A stretch of 64,000 nucleotides of DNA, taken from NCBI GenBank assembly GCA_965222575.1, contig OZ244958.1, positions 416,001-480,000 on the forward strand. The letters run 5' to 3'. The notes under the pieces were generated by a model. That model saw only the letters and a program-made list of their open reading frames with translations. It ran no database searches and was not told the DNA's origin. Made by a program: the position numbers and the translations under genes. Shown piece by piece: positions 43,890 to 53,474 of the stretch. Position 1 is the stretch's first letter, and every line of letters begins with the position of its first letter. The stretch is from Alphaproteobacteria bacterium (GTDB lineage: Bacteria; Pseudomonadota; Alphaproteobacteria; G965222575).

Positions 43890-44549
43890 GTGAAAGCCCT
43901 TTTCCTCCTCTTCTGTTGCACCGGTATCCTCCTCTGTATCGCACTTGGTAGTTGGCAAATTAAACGACTGAACCAGAAAACGACTCTTCTACAAAGACTC
44001 AATACCCCCATCTTCCTATCAGAAAAAGAAGTATTTTCTTCCCCCCAACCAGCCTTCCTCCACACGCAATTAAACGGCACTTTCCTCAACCGCCCCATCG
44101 AAATCCTCTCCTACCTCAAGCAAACAAAAGGCTATAAAGTCTATGGCTTGTTCAAAACTCATAATGGCTATGTGAACGTCTTTTGCGGCTTCAGACCTGA
44201 ACACACCCCCTTAGGAAAAAGAAAAGGCTGCCTCCCCCTCACCACACAACCCAACACCACCCTCACCGGATTCCTACAACCCTTTCCTAACAAAAAGGCT
44301 TTCTTCCTCCCCGACAATACCCCCCCAAATTGGATGCTCCTTAACAGAGAAGACTTCCAAAACTATTGGGGCGTCCCTTTACAGGCTTTCTTCCTACACA
44401 GCACCCCCCCGCACACAGGACTCTCCCCCATCAACCCCACCCCACGATTACTGCCCCTCCACCACCTTTTGTACTCACTCACCTGGTTCCTGCTAGCAGG
44501 CATCCTCGTGCTCTTTACTGCCTATTGGTGGCACACACAAAGGAAATAG
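43890..44549 (+). CDS. SURF1 family protein
   Basis: LGSWQIKRL..K, H..Y.LTWF; located at the end of the cox cluster. Confidence 0.88.
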   Translation: MKALFLLFCCTGILLCIALGSWQIKRLNQKTTLLQRLNTPIFLSEKEVFSSPQPAFLHTQLNGTFLNRPIEILSYLKQTKGYKVYGLFKTHNGYVNVFCGFRPEHTPLGKRKGCLPLTTQPNTTLTGFLQPFPNKKAFFLPDNTPPNWMLLNREDFQNYWGVPLQAFFLHSTPPHTGLSPINPTPRLLPLHHLLYSLTWFLLAGILVLFTAYWWHTQRK

Positions 44550-44614
44550 GTTGTGTTTTTCCTCAGATTGTTCCACACTCAAAGTATACCTCAAAAACCC
44601 CATAAGGCGAATAA

Positions 44615-45628
44615 ATGAAAAAACGATATAGTCTCTTTTGTTTCTGCTTCCTCATCATTGGTACCGCTCACGCACAATCCCCTGTCAATCTAAAGATTCA
44701 CCATTTTCTCCCCGCAACCTCCACCGTACAAAAGTGGCTCATAGAACCTTGGGTCGAACGAGTGGAAAAAGACAGCAAAGGGGCTTTGACCTTCACAATT
44801 TATCCCGCTATGCAACTCGGCGGACGCCCCCAGCAACTGGTAAAACAAGCCTCAGATGGCGTGGTGGATATCATCTGGACAGTGGCCGGCTACACCCCCG
44901 GACGCTTTCCGAAACTCGAAGTGTTCGAACTCCCCTTCCTCGCACGTAGCGCAAAAGCGACCTCCGCCGCCGCTCACGAATACGCCAAGACCTACGCCAA
45001 AGAAGAATTTCAACACCTCTACCCCATCCTCATTCATGTCCACTCCCCAGGTACCTTCCATATGCGAAAAGGACAAATCCGCTCCATAGAAGACTTTAGA
45101 GGGAAAAAAATCCGCGTGCCAACAAAAATCGTCCACGAAACACTCAAAAGCCTCGGCGCCGTACCCGTCTTCATGCCCGTTCCACAAGTCAGCCAATCCC
45201 TCTCCTCAGGCGTCATCGATGGAACCGTCCTCCCTTACGAAGTCGTCAAATACCTAAAAGTCGATAAACTCACCTCTTCTCATACCTCCCTCGAAATGAC
45301 AAAAGGTATCTACACCATTGTCTTTTTATTCATCATGAACCAAAACTCCTATTACAAACTCAACTCAACCCTCAGAGCCATTATAAGAAAACACTCCGGT
45401 ATCCCCTTAGCACTGGAAGTCGGACAGTATTGGGACGAACAAGACCTCATAGCAGAGGAAGACATGCGTAAGGCTGGAGATGACTTCCTCACCATCCCAC
45501 TAGCCAACCAAAAAAACTGGCGCCTCAAAACCGACCCAGTCATAGAAAAATGGGTCAAAAACCAAAAACAGGGAACCTCCCTGCTAAAAGCCGCACAAAT
45601 GCTGATTGAAAAATATGAACAACGGTGA
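44615..45628 (+). CDS. dctP: TRAP transporter substrate-binding protein
   Basis: Signal peptide, YPAMQLGG, GYTPGRFP..EVFELPF, GKKIRVP, GVIDG. Confidence 0.9.
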   Translation: MKKRYSLFCFCFLIIGTAHAQSPVNLKIHHFLPATSTVQKWLIEPWVERVEKDSKGALTFTIYPAMQLGGRPQQLVKQASDGVVDIIWTVAGYTPGRFPKLEVFELPFLARSAKATSAAAHEYAKTYAKEEFQHLYPILIHVHSPGTFHMRKGQIRSIEDFRGKKIRVPTKIVHETLKSLGAVPVFMPVPQVSQSLSSGVIDGTVLPYEVVKYLKVDKLTSSHTSLEMTKGIYTIVFLFIMNQNSYYKLNSTLRAIIRKHSGIPLALEVGQYWDEQDLIAEEDMRKAGDDFLTIPLANQKNWRLKTDPVIEKWVKNQKQGTSLLKAAQMLIEKYEQR

Positions 45629-46092
45629 TACAGCGCGCTTCCTCCCTCCTCAGATATGTTATTCTAAAAATCGCTTTGCTAGGGGGAATAGGCCTCCTGC
45701 TTTGCGCCCTCATGGTCAGTATCGGCGCAGGGGGGCGGAAATTCTTCCACACACCCTTCCCCGGTAGCTTCGAAATACTGGAAATCACCACAGCAGTGGT
45801 AGGGTTTTGCTTCTTCCCTTACTGCCAACTCAAAGGAGAAAATATTGCCTTACAACTCATAAAATTACCCCCTCTTCTCCAAAAACTCGGTACCTACATA
45901 GGACATATCCTACAAGGTAGTATCGGTGCCGTCGGCGCCTATTGCTTAGGAACAGCCGTTCTGGATTTCTACCCAAGTCAAGAAGCCACCATGCAACTAG
46001 GTATCCCCCTCTGGATTGTCCTAGCAATCTGTTGCGGGCTATTCTTCTTACTGTTCCTAGCCTCTCTTCTCCCCCTCCAAGAGGACGCATGA
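45625..46092 (+). CDS. dctQ: TRAP transporter small permease
   Basis: Four hydrophobic segments, P.PG.FE, located between dctP and dctM. Confidence 0.8.
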   Translation: MIQRASSLLRYVILKIALLGGIGLLLCALMVSIGAGGRKFFHTPFPGSFEILEITTAVVGFCFFPYCQLKGENIALQLIKLPPLLQKLGTYIGHILQGSIGAVGAYCLGTAVLDFYPSQEATMQLGIPLWIVLAICCGLFFLLFLASLLPLQEDA

Positions 46093-47393
46093 TTATCATA
46101 GGGGGTATACTCCTCTTGATTCTCTTGCTCCTCTTACGCGTCCCCATAGGGGCGGCTTTTTGCACCATAGGCGCAGTCCTTTACATCGCCGCCAACGGAC
46201 TAGACCCGTTCCTCCTGTACATGAAAACTACACCCTATTATCTGTTCGCTCACTATGGATTTTCCCCGTTGCCAATGTTTGTGCTCATGGGCTCCCTAGC
46301 CTTCCGAACAGGTCTATCACAAGAACTCTTTGATGTCGCAAGACTCTGGTTAGGACACCTGCGCGGCGGCTTAGGAATGGCGTGCTTAGGCGCCTGCGGG
46401 GGCTTCGGTTCCCTTTGCGGCTCTTCCGTTGCTACAGCTGCTACCATGACCTCTATTAGCTACAAACCCCTCATCCAAGCCGGCTACGCACCAGCACTCG
46501 CCGCCGGTACCTTAGCCGCAGGAGGAACACTAGGATTCCTCATCCCCCCCTCCATCGCCCTCGTCCTCTATGCCTTCCTCGCAGAACAAAGTATCCTAGA
46601 TATGTTCATCGGCTCCCTACTGCCCGCTATGGTAGCCCTTCTCCTCTTCTCCGCAACAGTCTGGTGCGTAAGCATCCTATACCCGGGCTCAGGCGGCGGC
46701 GTGGATAAAAAAGCCCCACTCGCCCTTAGACTGTATGCCCTCAAAAAACTCATCCCAGCGGCTTCTATCTTCACCATCTCCCTAGGCGGCATGTACGGCG
46801 GTATCTTTACCCCAACGGAAGGTGCCGCCGTGGGCGTCATCGCCCTCACCGCTTGGGGTCTCCTTAACCGCTCCCTATCTTGGCTAACCCTAAAAGCCTC
46901 CCTGTTCGAAACCGCAGGCATCACAGGCATGGTCTTCCTGCTCATCTTAGGCTCTAATATCATGAATACCGCTCTCGCCTTCCACGGACTCCCTTTCACC
47001 CTAGCAAACTTCATAGACGGACTCACCATCCCGGATTTCTACATCATCATCGGTATCCTGCTCGTCTACTTCCTCTTAGGGTGCTTCATGGATAGCCTCT
47101 CCATTCTCCTTGTCACTTTGCCCGTCCTCTTGCCAATAGTAGCAACCCTCAATGTGGGACTCCCCTCTTCAGAACATGTCCTCATATGGTTCGGTATTCT
47201 TTCCGTTATCATCGTAGAACAAGGCCTCATTACCCCGCCTTTCGGACTCAATATTTTTGTCCTGAAATCTCGTATCAAAACCCTCCCCTTGCGTACCATT
47301 TACAAAGGGACACTGCCCTTTGTACTCGTTTCTTTCTTACAAATGGCTATTGTGCTAGCGTTTCCTTGGCTAGTCCTGTGGTTTCTTCCCTAA
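46089..47393 (+). CDS. dctM: TRAP transporter large permease
   Basis: GSSVATAATM, GGTLG.LIPPS, GIFTPTE, ITPPFGLN. Confidence 0.93.
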   Translation: MIIIGGILLLILLLLLRVPIGAAFCTIGAVLYIAANGLDPFLLYMKTTPYYLFAHYGFSPLPMFVLMGSLAFRTGLSQELFDVARLWLGHLRGGLGMACLGACGGFGSLCGSSVATAATMTSISYKPLIQAGYAPALAAGTLAAGGTLGFLIPPSIALVLYAFLAEQSILDMFIGSLLPAMVALLLFSATVWCVSILYPGSGGGVDKKAPLALRLYALKKLIPAASIFTISLGGMYGGIFTPTEGAAVGVIALTAWGLLNRSLSWLTLKASLFETAGITGMVFLLILGSNIMNTALAFHGLPFTLANFIDGLTIPDFYIIIGILLVYFLLGCFMDSLSILLVTLPVLLPIVATLNVGLPSSEHVLIWFGILSVIIVEQGLITPPFGLNIFVLKSRIKTLPLRTIYKGTLPFVLVSFLQMAIVLAFPWLVLWFLP

Positions 47394-47412
47394 AAACCCC
47401 GCCACAAGCGTG

Positions 47413-47772
47413 TTACGAAGAGGATTTTTCCTCTTCTTTCTCCCCTAGAAAAGACACATCAGTGATAGAGGAGGGTTCTTTCTCTTGTGCGTTTTTCTCT
47501 TGTGTGTCTTTCACAACAGGCGCTGTTTTAGAATTCAGGCGCGGAGCACGGCGGTAATAATGTTCCGCACTTTGAAGATATCTCTCTGCCATCACTCTAT
47601 CGCCATCAGCTTTGGAATCTCTTGCTAAGGCACAGTACTGATTGTAAATCTGCATGGCCGTGCCTCTGATTTTGCCTCTAGGACCGTGACTCTCAAGAGG
47701 ACGGGTTTGGACGGATTTCCTATGGGGGAAAAATTTCCGTTGAAAGGGACGTTTATTTACCATTTTCCTCAC
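47413..47772 (-). CDS. DUF4167 domain protein
   Basis: ES.GP..KIRGTA.QI...Y..LARD....GDRVMAE.YLQ.AEHY.R; downstream of prmC. Confidence 0.88.
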   Translation of the reverse strand: MRKMVNKRPFQRKFFPHRKSVQTRPLESHGPRGKIRGTAMQIYNQYCALARDSKADGDRVMAERYLQSAEHYYRRAPRLNSKTAPVVKDTQEKNAQEKEPSSITDVSFLGEKEEEKSSS

Positions 47773-48605
47773 AAAATTGCCACAACATGTCTTTTGATAC
47801 CTGCTAAATCTTTATGAACGTAAACTCGTTGAAAATAGGATTTCATTAGAGACTGTACCTCCTCCGCTTGATTCTCTCCGCACTCTACAATACCCACGCC
47901 ATCAGGCTTGAGAAACTGCCTTAAAGGCGGAAGAATCTCATAAAACGCTTGCAGTCCATTTTCTCCTCCATCAAGAGCCATCGGGGGTTCATAAGTTTGC
48001 CACCTAGACAATCCTATGTCCGCCGTTCTGATGTAGGGGGGATTAGAGACAATAAGATCATAGCGCTGATTATTGCTAAGACCCCTAAACCAGAAGCCCC
48101 TGACAAAAAAAGATCGCCCCTCTACAGATAGCAGTCTAGCATTATCGCAAGCTCGTTGCAAGGCTTTCATTGAGTAATCCACACCGACTCCCCGTGCACG
48201 CTCAAACAAGGATAACAAAGACAAAAGCAAACAGCCACTGCCAGTGCCTAAATCTAAAAGCCACTGAGGTGAACAAGAGACATAATGTTGCGCAAGCTCC
48301 AAGATGAGTTCCGTCTCCGGACGCGGTATGAAAACATGAGAATCTACACAAAATGTGTGGCGAAAAAAATCTTTCCTCCCCAAAATATACGCCATAGGCT
48401 TGTGATAAGTGCGCACAGTAATCAGACTCTCAAAAGTCTTCCTCTCCTCCTCAGACAAACATTGCAACTCCTCCATACACAAAAGCGTTTGTGCACAGAC
48501 CCCAAGCGTCTCTTCCATCAATAACCGCGCCTCTAACACAGGACTTGCAATGTCCGCCTCCGCAAGTCTCCTACTCCCTTTGCCCAAAGCCTCCCATAAC
48601 CTCAT
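47769..48605 (-). CDS. prmC: Release factor glutamine methyltransferase
   Basis: [34 protein letters not shown]. Confidence 0.95.
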   Translation of the reverse strand: MRLWEALGKGSRRLAEADIASPVLEARLLMEETLGVCAQTLLCMEELQCLSEEERKTFESLITVRTYHKPMAYILGRKDFFRHTFCVDSHVFIPRPETELILELAQHYVSCSPQWLLDLGTGSGCLLLSLLSLFERARGVGVDYSMKALQRACDNARLLSVEGRSFFVRGFWFRGLSNNQRYDLIVSNPPYIRTADIGLSRWQTYEPPMALDGGENGLQAFYEILPPLRQFLKPDGVGIVECGENQAEEVQSLMKSYFQRVYVHKDLAGIKRHVVAIL

Positions 48606-49678
48606 GAGAAATCTAACCCTTCCAATAAACGCTCTTCCTGCTTCTTATGAAGCCCTCTCATAAACACCCCTAACTCTTCCCCTTGCAATATCTTTTCCAA
48701 ATTATGCACCGTAACCTGAAACCGATGATCCGTTAGACGACCTTGAGGAAAATTGTATGTCCTAATTCTCTCCGACCGATCACCAGTCCCTACTTGCCCC
48801 CGCCGTTTCTCCGCCCTCTTCTCCTGCTGCTTGCGTAACTCCAAATCATACAGACGCGCCTTGAGAATCTTCAAAGCGCGCGCTTTATTCTTATGCTGTG
48901 ATTTCTCATCCTGCTGACTCACCACAAGAGACGAAGGAAGATGGGTAATACGAACAGCAGAATCCGTGGTGTTCACACTTTGTCCCCCAGGACCAGAAGC
49001 TCTAAACACATCAATACGCAGGTCTTTTTCTTCTATCTTTATGTCCAAATCCCTAGGCTCAGGAAGGACCGCTACAGTGGCCGCAGACGTATGAACACGC
49101 CCACCAGACTCCGTCGTCGGGACACGTTGTACACGGTGAACACCAGACTCCAACTGTAAAAACCCGAAAGCCCCCTCCCCTTGAACATCCAATATCCCAT
49201 AGCGTATCCCCCCCACCTCCGTAGACGAAAGACTCATCATCTCCACAGCAAACCCTTCCTGTGATAAACAACGGGTATACATACGCAACAAATCCCGCGC
49301 AAACAACGACGCCTCCTCCCCTCCCGTTCCAGCCCGCACCTCTAAAATCGCCGCTAACTCCCACCCCTCAGGGCGCGGCAATAACTGCCGCTTAAGCTCT
49401 TCTTCCAACACCAAACGCGCCCTTCCAAGCTTCTCAAGCTCCACCGCACATAACCCCAAAAACTCATGACCGCCACTCCCCTCTTCAACCAATCCGCGCG
49501 TCTCCTCAATCTCTTTCACCAATACCTCCCACCGCTGCGCCTTCTCCATAAACCCACACATCTTAGAATACTCTAAACTCAACCGTACCCGCTCCTGTGT
49601 CGTCCCCGCCTCCTGCAGAGCGCGCTCAAGTGCTAAAAAAACACAACGTTTCTTCTCTAAATACCCTTTCAAAGACAT
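48602..49678 (-). CDS. prfA: Peptide chain release factor 1
   Basis: [23 protein letters not shown] (PxT), [15 protein letters not shown]. Confidence 0.96.
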   Translation of the reverse strand: MSLKGYLEKKRCVFLALERALQEAGTTQERVRLSLEYSKMCGFMEKAQRWEVLVKEIEETRGLVEEGSGGHEFLGLCAVELEKLGRARLVLEEELKRQLLPRPEGWELAAILEVRAGTGGEEASLFARDLLRMYTRCLSQEGFAVEMMSLSSTEVGGIRYGILDVQGEGAFGFLQLESGVHRVQRVPTTESGGRVHTSAATVAVLPEPRDLDIKIEEKDLRIDVFRASGPGGQSVNTTDSAVRITHLPSSLVVSQQDEKSQHKNKARALKILKARLYDLELRKQQEKRAEKRRGQVGTGDRSERIRTYNFPQGRLTDHRFQVTVHNLEKILQGEELGVFMRGLHKKQEERLLEGLDFS

Positions 49679-49693
49679 AAAACCCAAAACCCC

Positions 49694-50794
49694 CTATTCT
49701 CTCTTCTCACACTCAAGTAACCGCGCCTTCTCTTCCACCGCCTCAACAATCCTGTCAACCAGCGCATCATCCGGGACTTGACCACTTGGCAATCCATGCA
49801 AATACAACATATGTACACCCGCACCGCCTCCCGTCAACCCAACATCCGCCTCCCGTGCCTCCCCAGGACCATTCACAACACACCCCAACACAGACAAAGT
49901 CATAGGAGTCCGTATATGACGTAGCCTAGACTCCAAAACACGAACCGTCTCTATCACATCAAACCCCTGACGCGCACAAGAAGGACACGCCACAATACAC
50001 ACACCCTTACGGCGCAAATTCAACGCCTTCAGTATCTCAAACCCAACCTCCACCTCCCGCACCGGATCATCACACAAAGAAACCCTAATCGTATCTCCTA
50101 TCCCCTCAGACAACAACGTTCCTATCCCTATGGCAGACTTAACAGACCCCGGTAAAAAACTACCAGCTTCCGTTACCCCTAAATGTAACGGATAATCACA
50201 CAAAGCACTCAGCTTGCGGTACGCTTCTATCATCATCAGCGTTTGCGACGACTTTACACTAATTTTGAACTCCCTAAACGCTAACTCTTCAAGACAACGC
50301 ACATGAAAAAGCGCCGACTCAACCATAGCATCCGCACAAGGAGAGCGGTACTTCTCCAAAATAGGCTTCTCCAAACTGCCGCCATTGACACCGATTCGCA
50401 TGGAACAGCCATAATCTCGCGCCGCACGAACTACCTCTTTAATACGCTCCTTACTCCCTATATTTCCGGGATTAATCCTCAGGGCGCTCGCCCCATTCTT
50501 CGCCGCCTCTATAGCCCTTTTATAATGAAAATGAATGTCCGCTATCAACGGAACAGTTGCCATCTTGCTTAAAACCTTAAGCGCCGCCGTAGACGCCTCA
50601 TCGGGACACGATACACGTATAATATCCACGCCCGCCTCCTCCAAAGCCCTGATTTGCGCCCCCGTACGCTGTACATCAGAGGTCGGGGTGTTCGTCATGG
50701 ACTGTACCAAAATAGGATGCTCTCCCCCTATCAAACAAGCACCAACACGAATGACTGATTTTCGTACCCTCTTCGGAACAGTAGCGTAACTCAT
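49694..50794 (-). CDS. ispG: HMBPP synthase (MEP pathway)
   Basis: [43 protein letters not shown]. Confidence 0.97.
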   Translation of the reverse strand: MSYATVPKRVRKSVIRVGACLIGGEHPILVQSMTNTPTSDVQRTGAQIRALEEAGVDIIRVSCPDEASTAALKVLSKMATVPLIADIHFHYKRAIEAAKNGASALRINPGNIGSKERIKEVVRAARDYGCSMRIGVNGGSLEKPILEKYRSPCADAMVESALFHVRCLEELAFREFKISVKSSQTLMMIEAYRKLSALCDYPLHLGVTEAGSFLPGSVKSAIGIGTLLSEGIGDTIRVSLCDDPVREVEVGFEILKALNLRRKGVCIVACPSCARQGFDVIETVRVLESRLRHIRTPMTLSVLGCVVNGPGEAREADVGLTGGGAGVHMLYLHGLPSGQVPDDALVDRIVEAVEEKARLLECEKRE

Positions 50795-51588
50795 GGAAAA
50801 ATAGGGCGCAGTAAGGAAAGAATATCTTGATAATCTAAGGTAACAAAGACGTCCTTCTCCAATAACGGCTTCCCTGTAGACACAAAATAAAGACGACTCG
50901 GGTGAGTCGTGGACAACAAAATCGTCTCCTCAAAGGGAAATTCCCGCTCCCCAGAAAAAAACCCAGAAAAAATCACCTCATGGAAAGTCTTAATTCTCAC
51001 CCAGACAGGCAGAGAAGACCGCAACCGAAATTGGTCCGGAAGAGAGGGGACTCCTCCCTCAGAAGAAGAAATACCCTCTTGAGAAAGAGGCAGCACACCC
51101 TCAGGAGAAACCCTCTCCTCTTGAGGCAAAAAGGGCACTTTATCAGAAACAGAAGGCAGAGATTGCGCTTGGGGAAGAGAAGAGGAAGGCGGCAGAAGAG
51201 AAGAAGAACGAAACAGAGCATTTTCTACAGTAATCCCTATAACCCCTATGAAGACAACACTTGCAATCACCAAAAGAGGAAAGGAAAAATCACGTCTGGA
51301 CTTGAAAAAGGCACGCGGTGCCTTCTTAGACGTTTGCGCATAATAATCCCCTAGGGCAAGAGAGGAAAACTCTATCTCAAGCAAGGGGCATAAAGCCCGC
51401 AAAAGACCCATCACATACGGCCGCGGCGGAAGGCGCGAAACCTCTCCTTTTTCCAAAGCTTCTAAGGTCTCAACCCGGACACAAAGAGAACGAGATAACG
51501 CCTCTAAACTCAGTCCCTTTTCCGCACGCAACTGCGCAATCTGTTCCCCAACTTGTAACCGCTTACGCTTTATCTTTTCCTCAGACAT
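50791..51588 (-). CDS. rodZ: RodZ-like HTH membrane protein
   Basis: N-terminal XRE-like HTH, a single TM segment, upstream of ispG. Confidence 0.7.
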   Translation of the reverse strand: MSEEKIKRKRLQVGEQIAQLRAEKGLSLEALSRSLCVRVETLEALEKGEVSRLPPRPYVMGLLRALCPLLEIEFSSLALGDYYAQTSKKAPRAFFKSRRDFSFPLLVIASVVFIGVIGITVENALFRSSSLLPPSSSLPQAQSLPSVSDKVPFLPQEERVSPEGVLPLSQEGISSSEGGVPSLPDQFRLRSSLPVWVRIKTFHEVIFSGFFSGEREFPFEETILLSTTHPSRLYFVSTGKPLLEKDVFVTLDYQDILSLLRPIFP

Positions 51589-51722
51589 TCCTATTCCCCA
51601 ACTATAACCCGTCCATCTTACCTATTGTAGGTTACCATAAAAAGACTCTTTTGACTAAACCCCCCTTTTAGCTATAACATATTGACGTAGCTTTAACACA
51701 ATTTCTCCATTGTCATTTTCAT

Positions 51723-52058
51723 ATGCCACCCTTTACCTTTACCATAACACCCGTTGCACGCCGACGCATTAAAGCTCTCGTCACCAAAACCTCTCCCTGC
51801 TTCAGGTTGGAAATTAAGTCCGGCGGCTGTAAAGGCTTTCAGTATAACTTCGCCATGTGCTATAAACCTCTTAAGGAAGACCACGTCTTTATCATGAATA
51901 AAACAAACGGAAGCGCCGTGGTGATTGATAAAATGTCCGGACAATTCCTCAAAGGCGCTACCTTAGACTTCATAGAAACCGTCATGGAATCCGGATTCAT
52001 CGTCAAAGGCACAGATCTAGGCGCAAGCTGCGGTTGTCAGGTGTCTTTCTCCCTCTGA
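51723..52058 (+). CDS. HesB/IscA/ErpA family Fe-S carrier
   Basis: SGGCKGFQY, LDF, SCGC..SFS. Confidence 0.9.
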   Translation: MPPFTFTITPVARRRIKALVTKTSPCFRLEIKSGGCKGFQYNFAMCYKPLKEDHVFIMNKTNGSAVVIDKMSGQFLKGATLDFIETVMESGFIVKGTDLGASCGCQVSFSL

Positions 52059-52129
52059 AGACCCTTGCTTTCCTCAAAAAGGGTATGCTATTCTCTTCTC
52101 TTCTTCAATAAGGGATACCCCTCTTTTCC

Positions 52130-52450
52130 ATGTTCTACGAACTCACCCTCATTACACGACCTGATTTATCCCAAAAAGAACTAGAGGAAGTCACCTTCCT
52201 CTGTGAAGAAGAACTCAAAAAACAGGAAGCAACCCTCAAAGGTATTGAACATTGGGGAACAAAAACGCTTGCCTACCGCATCGGAAAACACAGAAGAGGG
52301 ACTTATGTCTTCCTCAAAATCGACTCAAAAATGCCGCTCAACGCCTTAGAAAAAACCCTAGCACTCAATAGTAAAATCTTGCGCTCCTTAACAGTGCGCG
52401 TAAAAGAATTCTCCCAAGAAGACACACCTCTTCTTCAGAAAACAACATGA
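52130..52450 (+). CDS. rpsF: 30S ribosomal protein S6
   Basis: YE...I.RPDL, WG...LAY.I.K. Confidence 0.95.
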   Translation: MFYELTLITRPDLSQKELEEVTFLCEEELKKQEATLKGIEHWGTKTLAYRIGKHRRGTYVFLKIDSKMPLNALEKTLALNSKILRSLTVRVKEFSQEDTPLLQKTT

Positions 52451-52472
52451 ACCCAATCTCGAAATCCCCCTC

Positions 52473-52721
52473 ATGAAACTCAAAATCATCACTCCCCCAC
52501 AAAAAAACCCCCAGACCCATCCCCATGATAAACAACCCACCATACCAAAGGTCATCGATTACAAAGACCCCAACAGTCTAAAGCCTTTCATCTCCGAACG
52601 AGGACGGATTATGCCCTCGCGTATCTCAGGCGTGCCCCCTAAAAAACAAAAAGAAATCACGTGTGCCATTAAACGTGCTCGATTCCTATGCCTCCTCCCT
52701 TACGTCAACAAAAGATTCTAA
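52473..52721 (+). CDS. rpsR: 30S ribosomal protein S18
   Basis: IDYKD...[26 protein letters not shown]. Confidence 0.95.
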   Translation: MKLKIITPPQKNPQTHPHDKQPTIPKVIDYKDPNSLKPFISERGRIMPSRISGVPPKKQKEITCAIKRARFLCLLPYVNKRF

Positions 52722-52727
52722 ACAATT

Positions 52728-53474
52728 ATGGAGATCATTTTACTGCAGAGAATCAAAAACCTCGGCCAAATGGGCGATGTCGTCTCCGTTAAACGGGGAT
52801 TCGCTAGAAACTACCTCCTACCACAAGCAAAAGCTATACTAGCAACAAAAGAAAACCGCGCGCAACTCAAAGACAATTGGGCCCAACTCGAAGCCCGTAA
52901 CCTCGAAAAGAAAAGCGAGGCTGAAGCCTTACGAAAAAAAATTCAAACCCTAGAAATCATCACCATTGAACATGCCGGAGAAAATGGACACCTCTATGGT
53001 TCCGTAAAAGCACAAAAAATCGCTGCCCTCTTAAAAAATAAACAAAATATTTCCATCCTCACAAACCAAATCCTACTGGAACATCCCATCAAAACCATAG
53101 GTCTACATGAAGTACAACTCCTGCTGCACCCAGAAGTGGAAATGACCCTACCCGTATGGGTTGCACGCACACAAGGAGAAGCGAAAACCCTAAAAGATCA
53201 CTTCAAAAACCAAGAACTTAAAGCCGGCGAAAACCCTATCACAGCCCTCTCAAATCGTAAACCCCCTGCCACAGAAGACCACAAAGAAAAAAAAGAGACC
53301 AGCAAAAAACCTCATAAAGACACCCAAAGTCCGCCACCAAAACAAGGGGAAAAAACCGCAAGCACAACACCCAAAGACAAGAAAGCCATCCCTGTTGCCA
53401 CAAAAAAGAAAGACCCGTCAACAAAGACCAGGACACCAGAAAAAGAGGAAAAAACCCTTCCCACAGAGAGTTAG
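52728..53474 (+). CDS. rplI: 50S ribosomal protein L9 with a long K/T/P-rich C-terminal tail
   Basis: LG.MGDVV.VK.GFARNYLLP, LYGSV, PIK.IG, LHPEV; 248 aa. Confidence 0.95.
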   Translation: MEIILLQRIKNLGQMGDVVSVKRGFARNYLLPQAKAILATKENRAQLKDNWAQLEARNLEKKSEAEALRKKIQTLEIITIEHAGENGHLYGSVKAQKIAALLKNKQNISILTNQILLEHPIKTIGLHEVQLLLHPEVEMTLPVWVARTQGEAKTLKDHFKNQELKAGENPITALSNRKPPATEDHKEKKETSKKPHKDTQSPPPKQGEKTASTTPKDKKAIPVATKKKDPSTKTRTPEKEEKTLPTES

